This document shows positions 61,589 to 64,000 of a DNA stretch of 64,000 nucleotides, piece by piece. Within the stretch, counting starts at the first letter, position 1. The number at the start of each line of letters is the position of its first letter. Location of the stretch: contig QQSI01000040.1 in the NCBI GenBank assembly GCA_003602645.1, positions 4,152-68,151 of the forward strand, in the 5' to 3' direction. The notes under the pieces are model-generated. The model was not told where the DNA came from. It did no database searches and worked only from the letters and a program-made list of their open reading frames with translations. Both the position numbers and the translations under genes were made by a program. The stretch comes from Candidatus Poseidoniales archaeon (GTDB lineage: Archaea > Thermoplasmatota > Poseidoniia > Poseidoniales > Poseidoniaceae).

Positions 61589-63144
61589 TGAGCAAGAGAT
61601 GGCCGAAGGGAACCATGAGCCAAGGACCGGGTAAGGCCAAACGTGGCATTCCTTCGAAAGAAGAGAACTTCAACGAATGGTACCCTTTTATTGTTGAAGC
61701 AGCAGAATTGGTTGACAAACGTTACCCAATCAAGGGCATGGATGTATGGCGTCCATATGGTTGGAAAACGATGAAGCTCATCGACGCTCTGACGCATCGG
61801 GAGATGGAGCGAACTGACCATGAAGAAGTCAATTTCCCACTCCTCATCCCAGAGAATCTCCTTGACCGTGAAAACGCTCTTGTTGCACGGCTGAAGCGTG
61901 CAAGGGAAGAAGGCGTAGACCCTGATGACCTCCGCGATGAAGAGGAAGAAGGCGGCTTCAAAAAAGAGGTCTATTGGGTTAAACACGCTGGTGAAAATGA
62001 ACTTGACATTCCGATGTTCTTGAGGCCAACATCTGAAACGGCGATGTACACAATGTTCCCACTTTGGATTCGATCACACAAGGATTTACCCTTGAAGGTG
62101 TATCAAATGGTCAACACTTTCCGATATGAAACAAAACAGACGAGGTCGTTTATTCGGGTGAGGGAGATTCACTTTTTCGAAGCACACACTGCCCACGCTG
62201 ACGAAGCTGACGCAACTCGGCAAATCGAACAGGATTTGGAAATCGTTGACACAATCATGCACGACCTTTGCCTCCCAGTGATCAAGGCAAAACGTCCCCT
62301 TTGGGATACATTCCCTGGCGCATGGTACACCATTGGTATCGATGCAGTAATGCCAAACGGACGAACGCTCCAAGTGGCTTCATGCCACCATTATCAAGAC
62401 CAGTGGGCCAAGGCTTTCGATCTCACCTATGAAAACCTCGATGCACAACAACAACATTGCCATCAAACAACCTACGGCATGTCGGAACGATTGTTGGGTG
62501 CAGTGGTAGGTATGCATGGAGATGAAAATGGACTCATCATGCCACCCGCTGTTGCACCATTCCAAGTGGTCGTCTGTCCGATGATCAAGAAGAATTCAGA
62601 TGTCGACACCGTGGCGGCAGCCGAAGAATTAGCAGCGAAGTTGCGCCGTCATGGTTTGCGTGTCAAGGTTGATTCCCGTGACATTCGTGCAGGTCAGAAG
62701 TACTACGATTGGGAAATCAAAGGCGTGCCCCTCCGCCTCGACTTAGGCCCCCGGGATCTCGCTCAAGGAACAGCCTATGCAGCCCGTCGAACAGGAGGCA
62801 AAGAACCAATTCCCCTCGATGGAATTGAAGAGACATGCCTTTCAATCCTCGAGGAAATATCAGAGGAATTGCGTCGTCGGTCCCATGCCCACATGAACGA
62901 TGTTGTCCAACCATTGCCCCCAATCAATTTGATTGATGAGACGTACGTTCTCGAAGGTGATGTTAAAGACGGCCACATTTACGAGTTACCTTTTGATGGA
63001 ACAGACGCTCATGCAGAAACAATTGAACGATTAACCGGCTTCGCATTCTTAGGGGATTCAACCGATGAATACGAATCAGACCGGCCTTGTCACATGAGTG
63101 GAACACCGACACGCCGCCGAGTTCTCTTAGCCAAAACCTACTGA
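61588..63144 (+). CDS. proS: Prolyl-tRNA synthetase, archaeal/eukaryal type
   Basis: FNEWYPFIVEAAELVD..YPIKGMDVWRPYG, FLRPTSET, FRYE.K.TR.FIRVREIHF.EAHT, HCHQTTYGMSERLLGA, and the C-terminal ...LLAKTY (terminal Tyr typical of this class). Confidence 0.9.
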   Translation: MSKRWPKGTMSQGPGKAKRGIPSKEENFNEWYPFIVEAAELVDKRYPIKGMDVWRPYGWKTMKLIDALTHREMERTDHEEVNFPLLIPENLLDRENALVARLKRAREEGVDPDDLRDEEEEGGFKKEVYWVKHAGENELDIPMFLRPTSETAMYTMFPLWIRSHKDLPLKVYQMVNTFRYETKQTRSFIRVREIHFFEAHTAHADEADATRQIEQDLEIVDTIMHDLCLPVIKAKRPLWDTFPGAWYTIGIDAVMPNGRTLQVASCHHYQDQWAKAFDLTYENLDAQQQHCHQTTYGMSERLLGAVVGMHGDENGLIMPPAVAPFQVVVCPMIKKNSDVDTVAAAEELAAKLRRHGLRVKVDSRDIRAGQKYYDWEIKGVPLRLDLGPRDLAQGTAYAARRTGGKEPIPLDGIEETCLSILEEISEELRRRSHAHMNDVVQPLPPINLIDETYVLEGDVKDGHIYELPFDGTDAHAETIERLTGFAFLGDSTDEYESDRPCHMSGTPTRRRVLLAKTY

Positions 63145-63203
63145 CGAAGCATCGAGGTTAGGGGTTGGTTCAACGCTCTTGTCAGTGGTGTATGATGTTG
63201 AAA

Positions 63204-64000
63204 TCATTCAGTCCATGTACCATGGAAATCTTCAGCATTGTCAACCCTGATGAAAAGGTCAAGAGAACTCCACACGAGGCTGTTAAAACCGCTTTCCATG
63301 CCTTCTTGACCGCCAGCTTTGGCCGTCATAAATTCAAATGTATCGGATGGAGAATGCCATTCTTGCCAGAAGGAGATGTCACCACCGGGGCTGAAAAAAT
63401 TGAATGTCGGATATCCTTCAGAGAAGAACGAACAATGATCAGAGGCACATGATTCTGCAATTTGCCAAGTGATTGGGTTCGCTTCGGTTGGCTGGTATGA
63501 TAAATCATCATCAATCGTGGTTCCAACCCAGTCATACATTCGTTCCATATTGGATTGACTTGCACCAGCGATACTAATGGTCCAATCGTATTTTGTGGCC
63601 GAAAAGATCTCTCCACCTGGGCCAATAAGAGGCTCCGCCAAAGGTACAATCGGATAGTTGAGGGAGACCATATCGAAGTTCATGTAGGCGCGGACTGATA
63701 CATTTTCTGGAAGGTGCTCCACGTAAGCAAGCGACCCGAGGAGACCTTCTTCTTCGCACGCCCATAGGGCTGCCACCACAGTATGATCAAATTCCATTTG
63801 TGCAAGGGCTTGGGCCATCTCCAATGAAACAGTCGAACCTGATGTGTCGTCGTTTGCTCCTTCGTTGGTACCGCCACCTGGTGGGGTGAACATGTACGCA
63901 ATGTCGAAATGTCCTCCAATCACAATGTATTCATCAGGTGTGACTCGGCCCCAATTGTAACCAACAACGTTGAGTTGATCGGGATCATCATCATAGCGAG
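63204..64000 (-). CDS. M28-family metallo-aminopeptidase (5' end beyond the window)
   Basis: GGHFD, GANDDTSGSTVSLEMAQAL, FALWACEEEGLLGS-like (VVAALWACEEEGLLGSLAYV), and HSPSD. The reading frame stays open to nt 64000. Confidence 0.75.
   Translation of the reverse strand, partial: RYDDDPDQLNVVGYNWGRVTPDEYIVIGGHFDIAYMFTPPGGGTNEGANDDTSGSTVSLEMAQALAQMEFDHTVVAALWACEEEGLLGSLAYVEHLPENVSVRAYMNFDMVSLNYPIVPLAEPLIGPGGEIFSATKYDWTISIAGASQSNMERMYDWVGTTIDDDLSYQPTEANPITWQIAESCASDHCSFFSEGYPTFNFFSPGGDISFWQEWHSPSDTFEFMTAKAGGQEGMESGFNSLVWSSLDLFIRVDNAEDFHGTWTE

Noticed and set aside
1-64000. CRISPR arrays, rRNA genes, IS elements and long direct repeats
   Set aside because: Reading through the window, I saw no regularly spaced short repeats, rRNA-like conserved stretches or transposase-like ORFs. 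The non-coding gaps are all under 280 bp.

Overview
This is a compact archaeal chromosome segment, roughly 90% coding, with genes on both strands. Archaeal markers include ribosomal proteins S19e, L39e, L31e and S17e, PAN, Kae1, primase PriS, aMBF1, Tsr3, a split transketolase and an archaeal-type ProRS. Very acidic proteins and giant anchored surface proteins suggest a marine planktonic euryarchaeote of the Poseidoniales/MG-II type; that assignment is inference only. Recognisable modules are: (1) a ribosomal-protein cluster; (2) a folE-queE-queC-queD preQ0/archaeosine operon headed by a ribbon-helix-helix (RHH) gene; (3) NatAB-like ABC export next to methylmalonyl-CoA mutase and epimerase; (4) a complete THF-dependent histidine degradation route (hutI, hutH, long hutU, split formimidoyltransferase/cyclodeaminase) scattered over 17 kb; (5) a YdeP-type molybdoenzyme with FdhD; (6) futalosine-pathway genes (MqnA, MqnD-like, MqnC/E-like); (7) pentose-phosphate genes; (8) transporters (MFS, OPT, CNNM, P-type Ca-ATPase). 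One tRNA-Val(GAC) is present. I saw no rRNA, CRISPR array, integrase or transposase. The leads most worth a second look are a half-length homologue of eukaryotic deoxyhypusine hydroxylase (46795-47277), a QueC-MsrB fusion whose QueC zinc ligands are all replaced, and an island between the hut genes that encodes a membrane protein with two zinc ribbons and four EF-hands. Further leads are a giant-surface-protein operon ending in a PqqD-like (RiPP-recognition-type) protein with a Cys-rich micro-ORF, and a polyproline/coiled-coil protein coupled to an RDD membrane protein. All family calls come from motif recognition by eye. No searches were run.
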